From Candidatus Aminicenantaceae bacterium (GTDB taxonomy: Bacteria > Acidobacteriota > Aminicenantia > Aminicenantales > Aminicenantaceae), in assembly GCA_041862375.1 (NCBI GenBank), contig JBGVTE010000065.1, forward strand, positions 2,540 through 66,539: a DNA stretch of 64,000 bases. Direction: 5' to 3'. The translations under genes and the position numbers were made by a program. Under the pieces are notes generated by a model, which saw only the letters and a list, made by a program, of their open reading frames with translations, did no database searches and was not told the DNA's origin. Shown here piece after piece: positions 18,583-28,957 of the stretch (position 1 is its first letter; the number at the start of each line of letters is the position of its first letter).

Positions 18583-19790
18583 AGGTTTTATTCGTAAGCG
18601 ATGTTCCTTTAGAAAATCCAACGAGTGGAGCTGAACAGGTCCTTTTCCAGCAGGCACAGGGACTTGTCAGGGAAGGCATGGAAGTCTATGCCATTACCCG
18701 CCAAGACAGAGCTTACCCTATAGTTTTTAGGAATGTGGCAGGAGCTGAGGAGGCCTGCTATAGTGCTCAGCCCAAAAATATTGTGCGTTTTTCATCTTCC
18801 CTTCTTAAAAAACCACCAATTTTATACAAACGTTTCACTGAAGGAGGCACTTTCGATGCCTGGATATGCCATCAGCCATTCACCAGCTTTTCCCTGTTGA
18901 TGAGGGGAAAATTAAAAGACACTCCCTTTCTTTACGTTTTTCACTCACCGAGCCATGAGGAATATATACTATCCCACGAGAACAAAAGCAGGTTGATAAA
19001 TTTTCTCCATGTTAGCGCTCGCCGGATGATAGAGAGATATTGTCTAAAAAGAGCTCTGATAATCTTGGTTCTCAGCGAATACATGAAGCAGAGAGTGCAG
19101 GAGATCCATAAAATACTTCCAGATAAAATCATAGTAAACCCAGGCGGTGTTGACCTTGATCGTTTCAAGCCGCATTCGAGCCGCGATTCCTTAAAAAAGA
19201 AACTTGGTTTTCCTGAAAGAAAGATCCATCTCCTGACAGTCCGCAACCTTGATCCAAGGATGGGAATTGATAATCTGCTAAAATGCATTTTCCTTCTTAA
19301 GAAAAAAAAGTTCCCCATTTATTTGATTCTCGGTGGGGAGGGAACAGAGAGAAAAAACCTTGAGCGTATCATTGAAGAAAATGGTTTGAACGAAAATGTG
19401 ACCATGAAAGGATTTATCCCTCCGGGCATATTGCCTGATTACTACGGAGCTGCTGATTTCTTCGTTCTCCCCACTCGCCGTCTGGAAGGTTTTGGACTCG
19501 TTACTCCTGAATCCATGGCCTGTGGCACCCCTGTTCTGGGCACACCTGTAGGTGGAACAGTAGAAATCCTGTCTGGTCTGGACAAGCAATTTCTTTTTAA
19601 AGACTGCTCCCCCGAAGCTATGGCAGAGGGTATTCAAGCGGTAATTAATAAATATTTCACCAATAGGAACAAATATGATCAACTGAGGATTCGCTGCAGA
19701 GAGTATACGGAGAAAAAATATCCCTGGCAGCGCCATATAAATCAATTAAAGTTATCTTTAGAAAAGGCAACCAGATCTAAAAAATTTTGA
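18579..19790 (+). CDS. GT4 glycosyltransferase
   Basis: SGAE, PGGVDL.RF, VRNL.PRMG, EGFGLVTPESMACGTPV; start placed at ATG 18579 (ATGA overlap). Confidence 0.9.
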   Translation: MKVLFVSDVPLENPTSGAEQVLFQQAQGLVREGMEVYAITRQDRAYPIVFRNVAGAEEACYSAQPKNIVRFSSSLLKKPPILYKRFTEGGTFDAWICHQPFTSFSLLMRGKLKDTPFLYVFHSPSHEEYILSHENKSRLINFLHVSARRMIERYCLKRALIILVLSEYMKQRVQEIHKILPDKIIVNPGGVDLDRFKPHSSRDSLKKKLGFPERKIHLLTVRNLDPRMGIDNLLKCIFLLKKKKFPIYLILGGEGTERKNLERIIEENGLNENVTMKGFIPPGILPDYYGAADFFVLPTRRLEGFGLVTPESMACGTPVLGTPVGGTVEILSGLDKQFLFKDCSPEAMAEGIQAVINKYFTNRNKYDQLRIRCREYTEKKYPWQRHINQLKLSLEKATRSKKF

Positions 19791-19822
19791 GGATTCATTC
19801 GGACAAATCTTGAGGTAGACAT

Positions 19823-20428
19823 ATGAAACACATAAAACTTTTAATAAAGAAATTAGGGTATAACCAATTGAGAAATAAACTATATAATGAGTTTATTGAA
19901 ACAGTACTACATCCTTTTGCAGTCTACGGCAAAATTTCTATTTCTGAAGGTTCTTTTTTAATGAAATTAGTTAGAGAAACTCAAGCTTTTCCAGGCCCGA
20001 TTATTGAAGTAGGAACTCTATTTGGATATTCAACAATAACATTAATCTACGCCAAGGATCCTAGAAAGAAGTTGATAACCGTGGATGATTACAGCTGGAA
20101 TCCATGCGGACTTGGTAGTAGTATTCACTTTGATCTTACCAAAGAAATCTTGAAAGAAGCTGTAGAAAAATATTCTGTTCATTCGTTAAAAATGAATAAA
20201 CAAGAATTTTATAAGACTTATGATGAGACCTCTCCTTCGCTCGTTTTTTTGGATGCTGACCATTCTTACGAATCTACTTTAGAGGATTTAAAATGGGCAA
20301 AGCGTGTTGGTGCTAAAGTTATTTGTGGGCATGACTATAAGGAACAGACTCCTGGAGTGATTCAAGCTGTGAATGAAGTATGTGGTGGAGCACCTTCGCG
20401 AGTCCATGAATCCATATTTGTACTCTAA
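19823..20428 (+). CDS. Class I SAM-dependent methyltransferase (Methyltransf_24-like)
   Basis: IIEVGTLFGYST, VFLDADHSYE, ICGHDY. Confidence 0.85.
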   Translation: MKHIKLLIKKLGYNQLRNKLYNEFIETVLHPFAVYGKISISEGSFLMKLVRETQAFPGPIIEVGTLFGYSTITLIYAKDPRKKLITVDDYSWNPCGLGSSIHFDLTKEILKEAVEKYSVHSLKMNKQEFYKTYDETSPSLVFLDADHSYESTLEDLKWAKRVGAKVICGHDYKEQTPGVIQAVNEVCGGAPSRVHESIFVL

Positions 20429-20452
20429 AAAGCTATTACTTTTGGATTCAAA

Positions 20453-21676
20453 ATGAAGATTATTATTGTAAATGAATACTTCTCCCCTGTCGGTGGTACA
20501 GAGCAATACCTTATTCCAGTATGCCAGGAACTTGAGAAAAATGGGCATGAAATTGCTGTGGTGTATGGAGAACAAACTGGGCGGGAGGAATTCTTAAAGG
20601 ATAGGAGATACTATTTAATTCCAGATATTTTAGGTCATCACTCCAGAAAAAACAAAAAGGGTCTTGAACGTCTTGAAGCTGTTGTTAAAGAAGAAGACCC
20701 AGATATCATATACATCCATCAGGTTCACAATCCATTTGCCATAAGGGTGTTGATCCGTAATAAACCCTGTATACGATACTTTCACGGATTTAAAATATTA
20801 TGTCCAGCAGGTCATCACACCCTCATTAAATCCGATAAAATATGCGAAATATCAACAAGCTACCGCTGCCTTGTGCGCGCTTATTCTGAGCGTTGCATGC
20901 CCAGGAATATCTTTAAATCCGGCAGCCTCATTCGCCTCGGATTTGCTAATCTCAGAATCAACATGCACATAAGAAAATTCATTGTTGCCAGTAGTTACAT
21001 GAAGGAAATGCTGATAGATGCAGGGCTTCCCGAAGATAGGATTGAGATTATTTCATATTATACAAGGCTTCCCCACGCTATAAGCGAAGAAGAAAATACA
21101 TCACCTGTATTTGATATTCTGTTTCTCGGCCGCTTGGTGAAACCCAAGGGATTACATTTTCTGATAGAGGCACTGAAGTACATTGACGGTCAATGGCAGT
21201 GCACTGTTATTGGCGAAGGTCCGGAATTTGAATCTATTCGAAATATTGCCAAAAAATATCAAATTTCCGAAAGACTCCATTTTACTGGCTGGCTTCCTAA
21301 TGAGGCCTTGGGAAAATATTACAGAAAGGCTCGAGTAGTAGTGGTTCCTTCTGTATGGCCAGAGCCATTTGGTATTGTCGGGATTGAAGCTATGTCTTAT
21401 GCAAAACCGGTAGTAGCCTTTGATGTGGGGGGAATTTCCGAATGGCTTGAGGACGGCAGAAATGGATTCCTAGTACCAAGGAAGGATGTGAAAGGGCTGG
21501 CTCAAAAAATTGAAGTGCTACTACGAGATAAAGACCTTGCGAGAAAATTTGGGGAAAAGGGCAGAGAAACTGTAGAGAATTATTTCACAAAAGATATTCA
21601 CATAAAGAGGCTGATGCAAGTCTTTGAGAAGGTTCAAAAAGATGATTTTTCTACTGCCAAATATGCTGTGAAGTAA
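20453..21676 (+). CDS. GT4 glycosyltransferase
   Basis: GGTE.Y, Cys-containing insert, GRL..PKG, PSVWPEPFGIVGIEAM. Confidence 0.9.
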   Translation: MKIIIVNEYFSPVGGTEQYLIPVCQELEKNGHEIAVVYGEQTGREEFLKDRRYYLIPDILGHHSRKNKKGLERLEAVVKEEDPDIIYIHQVHNPFAIRVLIRNKPCIRYFHGFKILCPAGHHTLIKSDKICEISTSYRCLVRAYSERCMPRNIFKSGSLIRLGFANLRINMHIRKFIVASSYMKEMLIDAGLPEDRIEIISYYTRLPHAISEEENTSPVFDILFLGRLVKPKGLHFLIEALKYIDGQWQCTVIGEGPEFESIRNIAKKYQISERLHFTGWLPNEALGKYYRKARVVVVPSVWPEPFGIVGIEAMSYAKPVVAFDVGGISEWLEDGRNGFLVPRKDVKGLAQKIEVLLRDKDLARKFGEKGRETVENYFTKDIHIKRLMQVFEKVQKDDFSTAKYAVK

Positions 21677-21684
21677 GGAATATA

Positions 21685-22494
21685 ATGGCAAGGGATAAAA
21701 ATGTTCTTGAAGATTATGAAAAAATATGGAAAAGATGGGCTAAAAAAGAGGATCGCCTTGAAGTAATAGCCCAGCATAGGCTTACCCGCAGCCGTTTTTT
21801 AACTCTTTTGAGACACGTTATTAAAGAGTTGGGAACGGGCGCTTGTGTTGTTGAACTGGGATGCGGAACAGCTATTGACGTAGGAATTTTATCTAAAAAT
21901 TTTCCCAATTGTCTTTTTTTTGCGACCGACCTTTCCAAGAACGCTGTTAAACTCGCCAAGGAAATCAGTCTTGAGCTTGGCAGCGTATTTTACATCTTTT
22001 TAAGTGACATGAGAAACTTGCCTTTTACTCATAACTCAATGGATCTTATCTTCAGTCAGGGCGTTATGGAGCACTTTGAAGATCCAACTCCATTTTTTCG
22101 AGAGCAAATAAGAGCTTTAAAACACAGCGGGTATCTTGTAGTTAATGTCCCTCAAAAATATACGGGTTATACTCTTTATAAACACAGACAAATGAAAAAA
22201 GGATTGTGGAAGCTTGGTTGGGAAACCGAATACAGCTATTTTGCTTTAAAGAAAATTGTCTGCGGTTTGGGCCTCACTGAGGCCAGTCATCTTGGCGATG
22301 ACTACTGGAAAAGTTGGGGGGAACCAATCTTTATAGTCCGTGATTTAGGTAATAAAATTCTCAGGAATTTTCACTTTAAGCCTCTGAATTTGTTCCTTCT
22401 GCCAGCAAAATTATATAACATAATGTGGCAATTTGTTGAAAATCATTGGGGGCATCTATTCATGAAGAATCTGATCGTCGTATTTAAAAAATAA
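21685..22494 (+). CDS. Class I SAM-dependent methyltransferase (Methyltransf_11-like)
   Basis: VELGCGT, DLS, LPF...MDLIFSQGVMEH, L.HSG.LVVNVP. Confidence 0.87.
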   Translation: MARDKNVLEDYEKIWKRWAKKEDRLEVIAQHRLTRSRFLTLLRHVIKELGTGACVVELGCGTAIDVGILSKNFPNCLFFATDLSKNAVKLAKEISLELGSVFYIFLSDMRNLPFTHNSMDLIFSQGVMEHFEDPTPFFREQIRALKHSGYLVVNVPQKYTGYTLYKHRQMKKGLWKLGWETEYSYFALKKIVCGLGLTEASHLGDDYWKSWGEPIFIVRDLGNKILRNFHFKPLNLFLLPAKLYNIMWQFVENHWGHLFMKNLIVVFKK

Positions 22495-22507
22495 ATCCTG
22501 GAGTGAA

Positions 22508-24040
22508 TTGAGATTGAAAAAGATCTATAGAAATATCATATTCAATTACCTCGGGTTGATATGGAGCAAATTGTTAAACTTGATTTTATTACCCGTAATA
22601 GTCATCGGGTTAGGAAATGATGCATATGGATTATTCAGCATTATTTTTGTCATCATAGGATACTATAGTATTCTGGATTTAGGGATTGGATCAGCTGTTA
22701 TAAAATACGTCGCTCAATACAATGCTGAATCTAAAAAAGAAGATATAAACACACTTATCTCCGTATCATTTCAAGCCTTTACATTCTTAGGATTAGGAGC
22801 AAGTGTAAGCGTATTCCTTTTTGCAGGAAAATTTGTGAGTATTATACAAATTCCCTCCAACCTGGTTCATACAGCAAAGATTGTACTTTATATCACTATA
22901 ATTCAATTCTCGTTAAATTTAATATTCAGTGTTTTTTCCAGTGTCCTCGTTGGAATGCAAAGGCTGGATACCTTAAACAAAATAGGTATTTTTACTAACA
23001 CTCTTGGGATTTCAACAATGGCCATACTTGCCAAACTCGGATATGGCCTTATCCCTATAGTGTCTCTAAATTTATGCTATAGTATTTTGAACATCTTTTT
23101 AACTGTCTATTACGCCACGAAATACTTGACGAGCTTCAAGCTCAATCTCATAAGTTTTTATCCAATACAATTGAGGAAAATTATCTCTTTTAGCCTTTTT
23201 GCCTTTATTATTCAGGCAGGTTATCTAATTCATACTACCACTGACCGACTGTTGATTGGCGTATTCTGTCCGGTTGCCTTTGTAACTTTTTATATGGTAG
23301 GTATGAAGCTATCCGAGATATTAAGATTTCTGCCTTCGCCGCTTGCCCGCGTCCTATTACCGATAGTTTCAGAATTAGGAGCTAAAAAGAATTTTGTCAG
23401 AATTGAGGAACTTTATATTCGTGGGACAAAATATATTTTAATTCTTATTCTGCCCATTTCAATTATTCTATTTGTGTTCTCATTCGATTTGTTAAAATTA
23501 TGGATGGGAGAATCATATGCATTGCATTCATCCTTTGTCTTAAAATTACTGACAGTTGGAGTTGCAGCAAATATGTATGGATTCATCAGTTATATTGTAC
23601 TCATGGGTCTGGCAAGACATAGAATCATAGCCATTTATTCCTTAGCAGCTGCTCTTATTAACATCGCCCTTGATTTATTTTTAATTCCTAAATATGGAAT
23701 TAACGGCGCAGCTTTTGCGTCCGCCCTGGCATTTGGAGTAACCTATATTCCAATGGTTTCTCATTCAATGTGGATTTTGAAAATCAGGATTGAGAGTTTT
23801 TTAAAAGAAATAGGACAACCGCTATTTTGGGGGATAATTTTTACAGGCGTAGTGCTAGCTGTAAAGTTTTTCGTCAAACCCAAGGGTTGGTTTCAGTTAA
23901 TAACAGTCGGCATCGCAGGTCTAGCTGTATACTATTGGTTTAATTGGATCGGAGGCGGGATTAAAGCGCGTGATCGAGAGCTGCTGGGTGATTTATACAA
24001 GGAAGCGATAAGTGGATTTTCAAGGAGAATTAGTCAATGA
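22508..24040 (+). CDS. wzx: Wzx-type polysaccharide flippase (MOP superfamily)
   Basis: Polytopic membrane protein; LG...YG, DLG...A..KY, D..LIG, LIP.YGI.GAA.A. Confidence 0.88.
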   Translation: MRLKKIYRNIIFNYLGLIWSKLLNLILLPVIVIGLGNDAYGLFSIIFVIIGYYSILDLGIGSAVIKYVAQYNAESKKEDINTLISVSFQAFTFLGLGASVSVFLFAGKFVSIIQIPSNLVHTAKIVLYITIIQFSLNLIFSVFSSVLVGMQRLDTLNKIGIFTNTLGISTMAILAKLGYGLIPIVSLNLCYSILNIFLTVYYATKYLTSFKLNLISFYPIQLRKIISFSLFAFIIQAGYLIHTTTDRLLIGVFCPVAFVTFYMVGMKLSEILRFLPSPLARVLLPIVSELGAKKNFVRIEELYIRGTKYILILILPISIILFVFSFDLLKLWMGESYALHSSFVLKLLTVGVAANMYGFISYIVLMGLARHRIIAIYSLAAALINIALDLFLIPKYGINGAAFASALAFGVTYIPMVSHSMWILKIRIESFLKEIGQPLFWGIIFTGVVLAVKFFVKPKGWFQLITVGIAGLAVYYWFNWIGGGIKARDRELLGDLYKEAISGFSRRISQ

Positions 24041-24759
24041 ATCCCAGTGAGAAAATAAGAGAGTTTTATGAAAAAAAGGCTGGAGAGGATGCACAGGGAT
24101 CTCCGAGTTTTATCCAGCGTGTACTAAACGAGTTCCTTGCAGGTCTTCCTCTGCGCCATAATGATAAAGTACTGGATTTAGGAAGCGGTATAGGGAATAA
24201 TCTTAATGTGCTGACTAGGCATTTCTATGAGATTGTTGCTCTTGATATATCGGAAAAGGCACTTAAGAAATCTGCCCGGCTACACAAAAATTCAAGAACA
24301 AAATTTGTTAAAGGAGATATTTTAAATTTGCCTTTTACTTCCCAATCATATGATGTAGTAGTCTGTACTGGAACCCTTGAACACATAACCGATTTAAGGA
24401 AGGGAATAAGAGAGATTGCCCGGGTATTGAAAAGGAAAGGATACGGTGTTTTCACAGTTCCAAACTACACTAACCTTGCCGGCTATTATAAATGGTTTAG
24501 AGATAGAGCTTCGGGAAGAAGGGATTGGTGTCCTTGGCACACCCATGAAGGAGGGTTCGAACGATTTATGACACCGGGCCTTTTAAAACGCTCATTAAAG
24601 GATAGCTTTACTGTTAGAGAAACACGCGGAGTGGATTACTCCTTATCCTGGCTTTTTTTTACTCCTGTAAGGAGATTCGTTGGCTTTAAGACAATCGGCA
24701 AGATTCCTTTTATAAAAAGGTTAGGCATGCACTATTGTGTGCTTGCCCAAACGAAATAA
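24037..24759 (+). CDS. Class I SAM-dependent methyltransferase
   Basis: VLDLGSG.G, LDIS, GD..NLPF, TLEH, RVLK..G. Confidence 0.87.
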   Translation: MNPSEKIREFYEKKAGEDAQGSPSFIQRVLNEFLAGLPLRHNDKVLDLGSGIGNNLNVLTRHFYEIVALDISEKALKKSARLHKNSRTKFVKGDILNLPFTSQSYDVVVCTGTLEHITDLRKGIREIARVLKRKGYGVFTVPNYTNLAGYYKWFRDRASGRRDWCPWHTHEGGFERFMTPGLLKRSLKDSFTVRETRGVDYSLSWLFFTPVRRFVGFKTIGKIPFIKRLGMHYCVLAQTK

Positions 24760-24809
24760 GCATATTTTTAGAAACAATATGGTATTCTAATCTTTAATCA
24801 AGGCAGTGT

Positions 24810-25676
24810 TTGATAAGGTTGCCGATGAACCTGAGTGATTTTAGCTTTAATATATTTTTGGACACTGTATATCTCCTCCGCAGCAGCGAGAGACTGTCTG
24901 CCAAGATCAGAATTCTAGGGACCTATGCTAGGTTGAATATTAAATCTATTCTTCTGTGCAAGGCTTTCCGAGTTCGATTGAGGAAAGAAAAGTTTTTGAA
25001 TTTCAGGGTATCCTTCTTCAATTATGATACCTTCTACTTGATGTTTAGAGAGATATTCCTCCGTCACGAATATTCATTTAAATCAGAGAAGAAGAATCCC
25101 GTTATTCTTGATTGTGGAAGCAATATCGGTATGGCAACGCTTTTCTTTAAGTTTTGCTATCCAAAATCAGAGATATTTTGCTTTGAACCGGACAAAAATG
25201 CCTTTAGTTTGCTTAAAAAAAATATTGAGCATAACAGATTACTGAATGTCCATACGGACAACGTTGCCCTATCAAATAGAGAAGGCTTTATTGATTTATA
25301 TATAGACGATGAGAGCTCTGGTTCTTTGTTAATGTCCACAGAGCCAGCTAGATTGCATAATAATAAAATTGCTGTGCGCTCCGCCCTGCTCTCTAGTTAT
25401 ATCAAGGAGCCTGTTGATTTTATGAAGATGGATATTGAGGGATCGGAAGAGGTGGTAATTGAGGAGCTCCATAATAAAGGGAAGCTGAGATTAATAAAGG
25501 AGATGGTGATCGAATATCACCATTTTAATTACACTGGAAAGAAGCGTTCTAAATTATCCAACCTTTTAAAAATTCTTGAAGATAATGGTTTTAATTACCA
25601 AATCAGCTCGCTTTTAATTCGAATTTCCAGAAGACATAAATTTCAAGATATCTTGATCTACGCATATCAAGAATAA
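24810..25676 (+). CDS. FkbM-family methyltransferase
   Basis: ILDCGSNIG, FEP, NVALS, MKMDIEGSE, IEYH. Confidence 0.9.
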   Translation: MIRLPMNLSDFSFNIFLDTVYLLRSSERLSAKIRILGTYARLNIKSILLCKAFRVRLRKEKFLNFRVSFFNYDTFYLMFREIFLRHEYSFKSEKKNPVILDCGSNIGMATLFFKFCYPKSEIFCFEPDKNAFSLLKKNIEHNRLLNVHTDNVALSNREGFIDLYIDDESSGSLLMSTEPARLHNNKIAVRSALLSSYIKEPVDFMKMDIEGSEEVVIEELHNKGKLRLIKEMVIEYHHFNYTGKKRSKLSNLLKILEDNGFNYQISSLLIRISRRHKFQDILIYAYQE

Positions 25677-25716
25677 AGAGTATTTTCCATAAATTCAATG
25701 AATTGGAGGAGTTGTT

Positions 25717-26643
25717 TTGCTGGAAATAAGTGCAGTAATTCCTACTTATAACCGCAAGAAGATTTTAAAGAGGGTGCTATTCTCTTTATTCAAACAGGAT
25801 TTTTTAAAGAACAGATATGAAATTATTGTCGTTGATGATGGCTCAAGTGACCGAACTGAAGAAATGATTAAGGATGTTATGTCTGTCGTACCTCAGGGAC
25901 TGAGCTTGCGATATTATTATCAGGAGAACAGGGGACCTGCCGCAACAAGGAACCTAGGTATAAAGATGGCCCGCGGTGAAGTAATTTTGTTACTCGGAGA
26001 TGACATTATTGCTGAAGAAAACCTGCTCGAAGAACATATGAAAATACATAAATCTACTGATGAGGATATAGCAGTTCTGGGATATGTTACCTGGGCACCA
26101 GAAATTAAACGCACTCCCTTCTTAAGATATCTGATGAAAAGGGGCCTTGATTTTCAGTACCAACTCATAAACGATCCTGAAAGTGTTTCATATAAACATT
26201 TTTATACCTGTAATATTTCGGTGCGAAAAAATTTTTTGATAGATAACGGCTTTTTTGATGAAAATTTCCGTAAAGCAATCTGGGAGGATATTGATCTTGG
26301 CTACAGGCTGACCAAAAGAGGTCTGAAGATCAAATACAACTCCGAAGCAATCGGTTATCATTATCATTCAACTACAGTTTTAAGTCGTTGTCGTTTGATC
26401 TATCAGTCAGGCTTTTACAGCACTATAATTGAACAAAAACATCCTGGTATACTCCAGATTCCAACTTTACCCAAAATGTCATTAAAAGAGCATATAAAGG
26501 ATTGCTATTATTCTGTGATGGTTCATCCAATTTCCATATTGGATTATCATTTCGGCCTCAACTTACCCTGGTTTTATGCAAGATTACTGGATTATTATAA
26601 ATTTAAAGGAATGAGGAAAGGTTTGGATTCAAGGATCACATGA
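25717..26643 (+). CDS. GT2 glycosyltransferase
   Basis: VIPTYNR, VVDDGS.D, N.GPA..RN.G, GDD, FDE.F...WED.DLGYRL. Confidence 0.92.
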   Translation: MLEISAVIPTYNRKKILKRVLFSLFKQDFLKNRYEIIVVDDGSSDRTEEMIKDVMSVVPQGLSLRYYYQENRGPAATRNLGIKMARGEVILLLGDDIIAEENLLEEHMKIHKSTDEDIAVLGYVTWAPEIKRTPFLRYLMKRGLDFQYQLINDPESVSYKHFYTCNISVRKNFLIDNGFFDENFRKAIWEDIDLGYRLTKRGLKIKYNSEAIGYHYHSTTVLSRCRLIYQSGFYSTIIEQKHPGILQIPTLPKMSLKEHIKDCYYSVMVHPISILDYHFGLNLPWFYARLLDYYKFKGMRKGLDSRIT

Positions 26644-27782
26644 AGGCCCTCAATATTTGTATCATTTCTCCAAATTATCCCCCATCTGATTTCACCTGTG
26701 GAGTCGGGGACTATACTAATAAAACAGCCGTAGAATTTGAAAAAATGGGCCACAGGATTACAATCCTGGCTTCGGAGAGATACAAGGGACCTCTCGATTC
26801 CGGCAATATAAGAGTTATCAGGTTCTCTAAAAACTGGAGTTTTTCTGCCATTTTCCGTCTTATTTCATTGATTAAAAAGAATCGCTTTGATCTGATCAAT
26901 GTGCAATACACTCCTGTTTTATATAAATCTGCGTTTAAACTTTTACTCGGCTTTATTAATATAATCAAGCCGATTGTTATTTCCTTCCATACATTACATC
27001 GTTCTACAATCTCCAGCAAGATTGAATCACTGCTATTGGTATTCACTTGCAGAGGAATTATCAGCACAAATGAGGAAATTACATATATTCTCAAAAGGTT
27101 ACCTTTTACGAAAAAAAGATTTTCCGAAATACCAATCGGCTCCAATATCATGCCAGCAAATGGAGAAAATATAAGCAAGTTAGAAGCAAAAAATGAATTA
27201 GGACTGAGTGAAACTTATTTTATCATGACTAATTTTGGACTTTTTTACCCTGGCAAGGGGATAGAAACACTGCTTAATGCCTGCTCGCTCCTGAAAGAGA
27301 AAATAACTGATTTTCAGTTAATCTTTCTCGGCTCACTCAGGCAAGAAGATACGGATTACATCCGAAAATTAAAAAATCTTATCAATAAATTGAATGTACA
27401 GGATAAGGTTGTGTTTACCGGTTTTCTTGAATCTAAAAAAGTTACTCAGTATTTAATGGCAACAGACCTGTTTGTTGTTCCTTTTGACAGAGGTGTATCA
27501 ATTAGACGGGGAAGTCTCATAGCTGGAATTATCCATGGACTGCCAATCCTGACTACTCTTCCGGAAATTCCATCGAAATACATCAATGAACAAAATATGG
27601 CTCTTGTTCCTCCGAAGGACCCTCTCTCCCTAATGAATAAGATTATTGAATTGAAAAACAATACAGCTAAAATGATAGAGCTTGAAGAGAACGTTTCAAA
27701 ATTAAGGCAAAATTTCATGTGGCCTGATATAAGCAAAAAGATTATAAAAGAATTCTACCGCTTGCTGGAGATAAACTCTTGA
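26640..27782 (+). CDS. GT-B (GT4-like) glycosyltransferase with RRGS-type C-terminal motif
   Basis: CGVGDYT, IPIGSNI, FG..YPGKG.E, PF..GVS.RRGSL. Confidence 0.82.
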   Translation: MKALNICIISPNYPPSDFTCGVGDYTNKTAVEFEKMGHRITILASERYKGPLDSGNIRVIRFSKNWSFSAIFRLISLIKKNRFDLINVQYTPVLYKSAFKLLLGFINIIKPIVISFHTLHRSTISSKIESLLLVFTCRGIISTNEEITYILKRLPFTKKRFSEIPIGSNIMPANGENISKLEAKNELGLSETYFIMTNFGLFYPGKGIETLLNACSLLKEKITDFQLIFLGSLRQEDTDYIRKLKNLINKLNVQDKVVFTGFLESKKVTQYLMATDLFVVPFDRGVSIRRGSLIAGIIHGLPILTTLPEIPSKYINEQNMALVPPKDPLSLMNKIIELKNNTAKMIELEENVSKLRQNFMWPDISKKIIKEFYRLLEINS

Positions 27783-28957
27783 GGATTCTAGTATTGACTC
27801 CAACTTTTTTGCCTGTCATAGGTGGAGCAGAGTTGGTTCTGTGGGAAGTATACAGACGTCTATCAATAAAACATGAAGTTGTCTTGCTTACCCCAAAATT
27901 AAAAGAGAGCCTTATAAAGCACTATTCAAAAAATGAAGCAGATTATCCGGTCAACTTCCAGGTTATTCGGTACAAAGATACATGGACCCTCATGTCTGTG
28001 AGAGGCCATAAAATAACAGGTGGTATGATACCTCCTTTTTCACTATCTGCAGTTTTTGCTGTAAAGAAAGCATTAAAAGATTTCAATGCACAGGTTTTAA
28101 ACGTTCACTATACCATGCCTACAGGTCTTGCAGGGGCAATTGTAAATACTTTTTGGAAAGTCCCCACGGTTTTATCCTTTAATGGACGTGATGTTCCGGG
28201 GCCCGGTGTACCTCCTCTCTGGAAATATTGGCATCGCCTCATTGCCAGGTATTGTACTGATGTCACCTATGTCTCAGAGTACTGCAGGGAAGTTATTTTT
28301 AGGACCAGAGGTCCAGGTCTTGTCACCTGGAACGGAGTTGATTTTGACAAGATAAGAATATCACCCTCAGATCATCTAAGAGAGAGGCTGGGCATTGAAA
28401 AAAAAGCAAATGTTTTATTTGCCCTACAGCGACTGAGCAAAGAAAAAAAAGTAGAGCTGCTTATAGAGAGCATGAGATATATCGTTGACAGCATTCCGGA
28501 TACTGTCATGATTATCGGAGGGACGGGTCCTGAAAAGGACAGATTGCTTGAACTGAGTAATCAATTGAATCTTTCGGATAAGATCAAATTTGCTGGATTT
28601 ATTCCAGATACAAATGTCGGAGATTATTTTAATCTGTGCGATGTTTTTGTTTTTAACTCAACATATGAGACTTTTGGAATTGTTCTTGCCCAGGCAATGG
28701 CCCATGGAAAGCCTATAGTATCTGTATTTTCTACAGCTATCCCGAGTGTGGTAAAGAACAATGAATGCGGCATACTCGTACCTCAGGATAAACCCAAGCT
28801 TCTGGCAAATGCAGTAATCAGGTTATTGCAAGATGAATCGCTGAGAGTAAAATTTGGAAACAGTGGGATGGAACGGGCAAAAGCCCTTTTCGATTGGAAT
28901 ACAGTTACTAAAAAATATGAGGAAGTCTTCGAAAAGGCAACACAGGCTGCATTGTGA
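27779..28957 (+). CDS. GT4 glycosyltransferase
   Basis: GGAE, NGVD, QRL..EK, YETFGIVLAQAMA.GKP. Confidence 0.9.
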   Translation: MRILVLTPTFLPVIGGAELVLWEVYRRLSIKHEVVLLTPKLKESLIKHYSKNEADYPVNFQVIRYKDTWTLMSVRGHKITGGMIPPFSLSAVFAVKKALKDFNAQVLNVHYTMPTGLAGAIVNTFWKVPTVLSFNGRDVPGPGVPPLWKYWHRLIARYCTDVTYVSEYCREVIFRTRGPGLVTWNGVDFDKIRISPSDHLRERLGIEKKANVLFALQRLSKEKKVELLIESMRYIVDSIPDTVMIIGGTGPEKDRLLELSNQLNLSDKIKFAGFIPDTNVGDYFNLCDVFVFNSTYETFGIVLAQAMAHGKPIVSVFSTAIPSVVKNNECGILVPQDKPKLLANAVIRLLQDESLRVKFGNSGMERAKALFDWNTVTKKYEEVFEKATQAAL

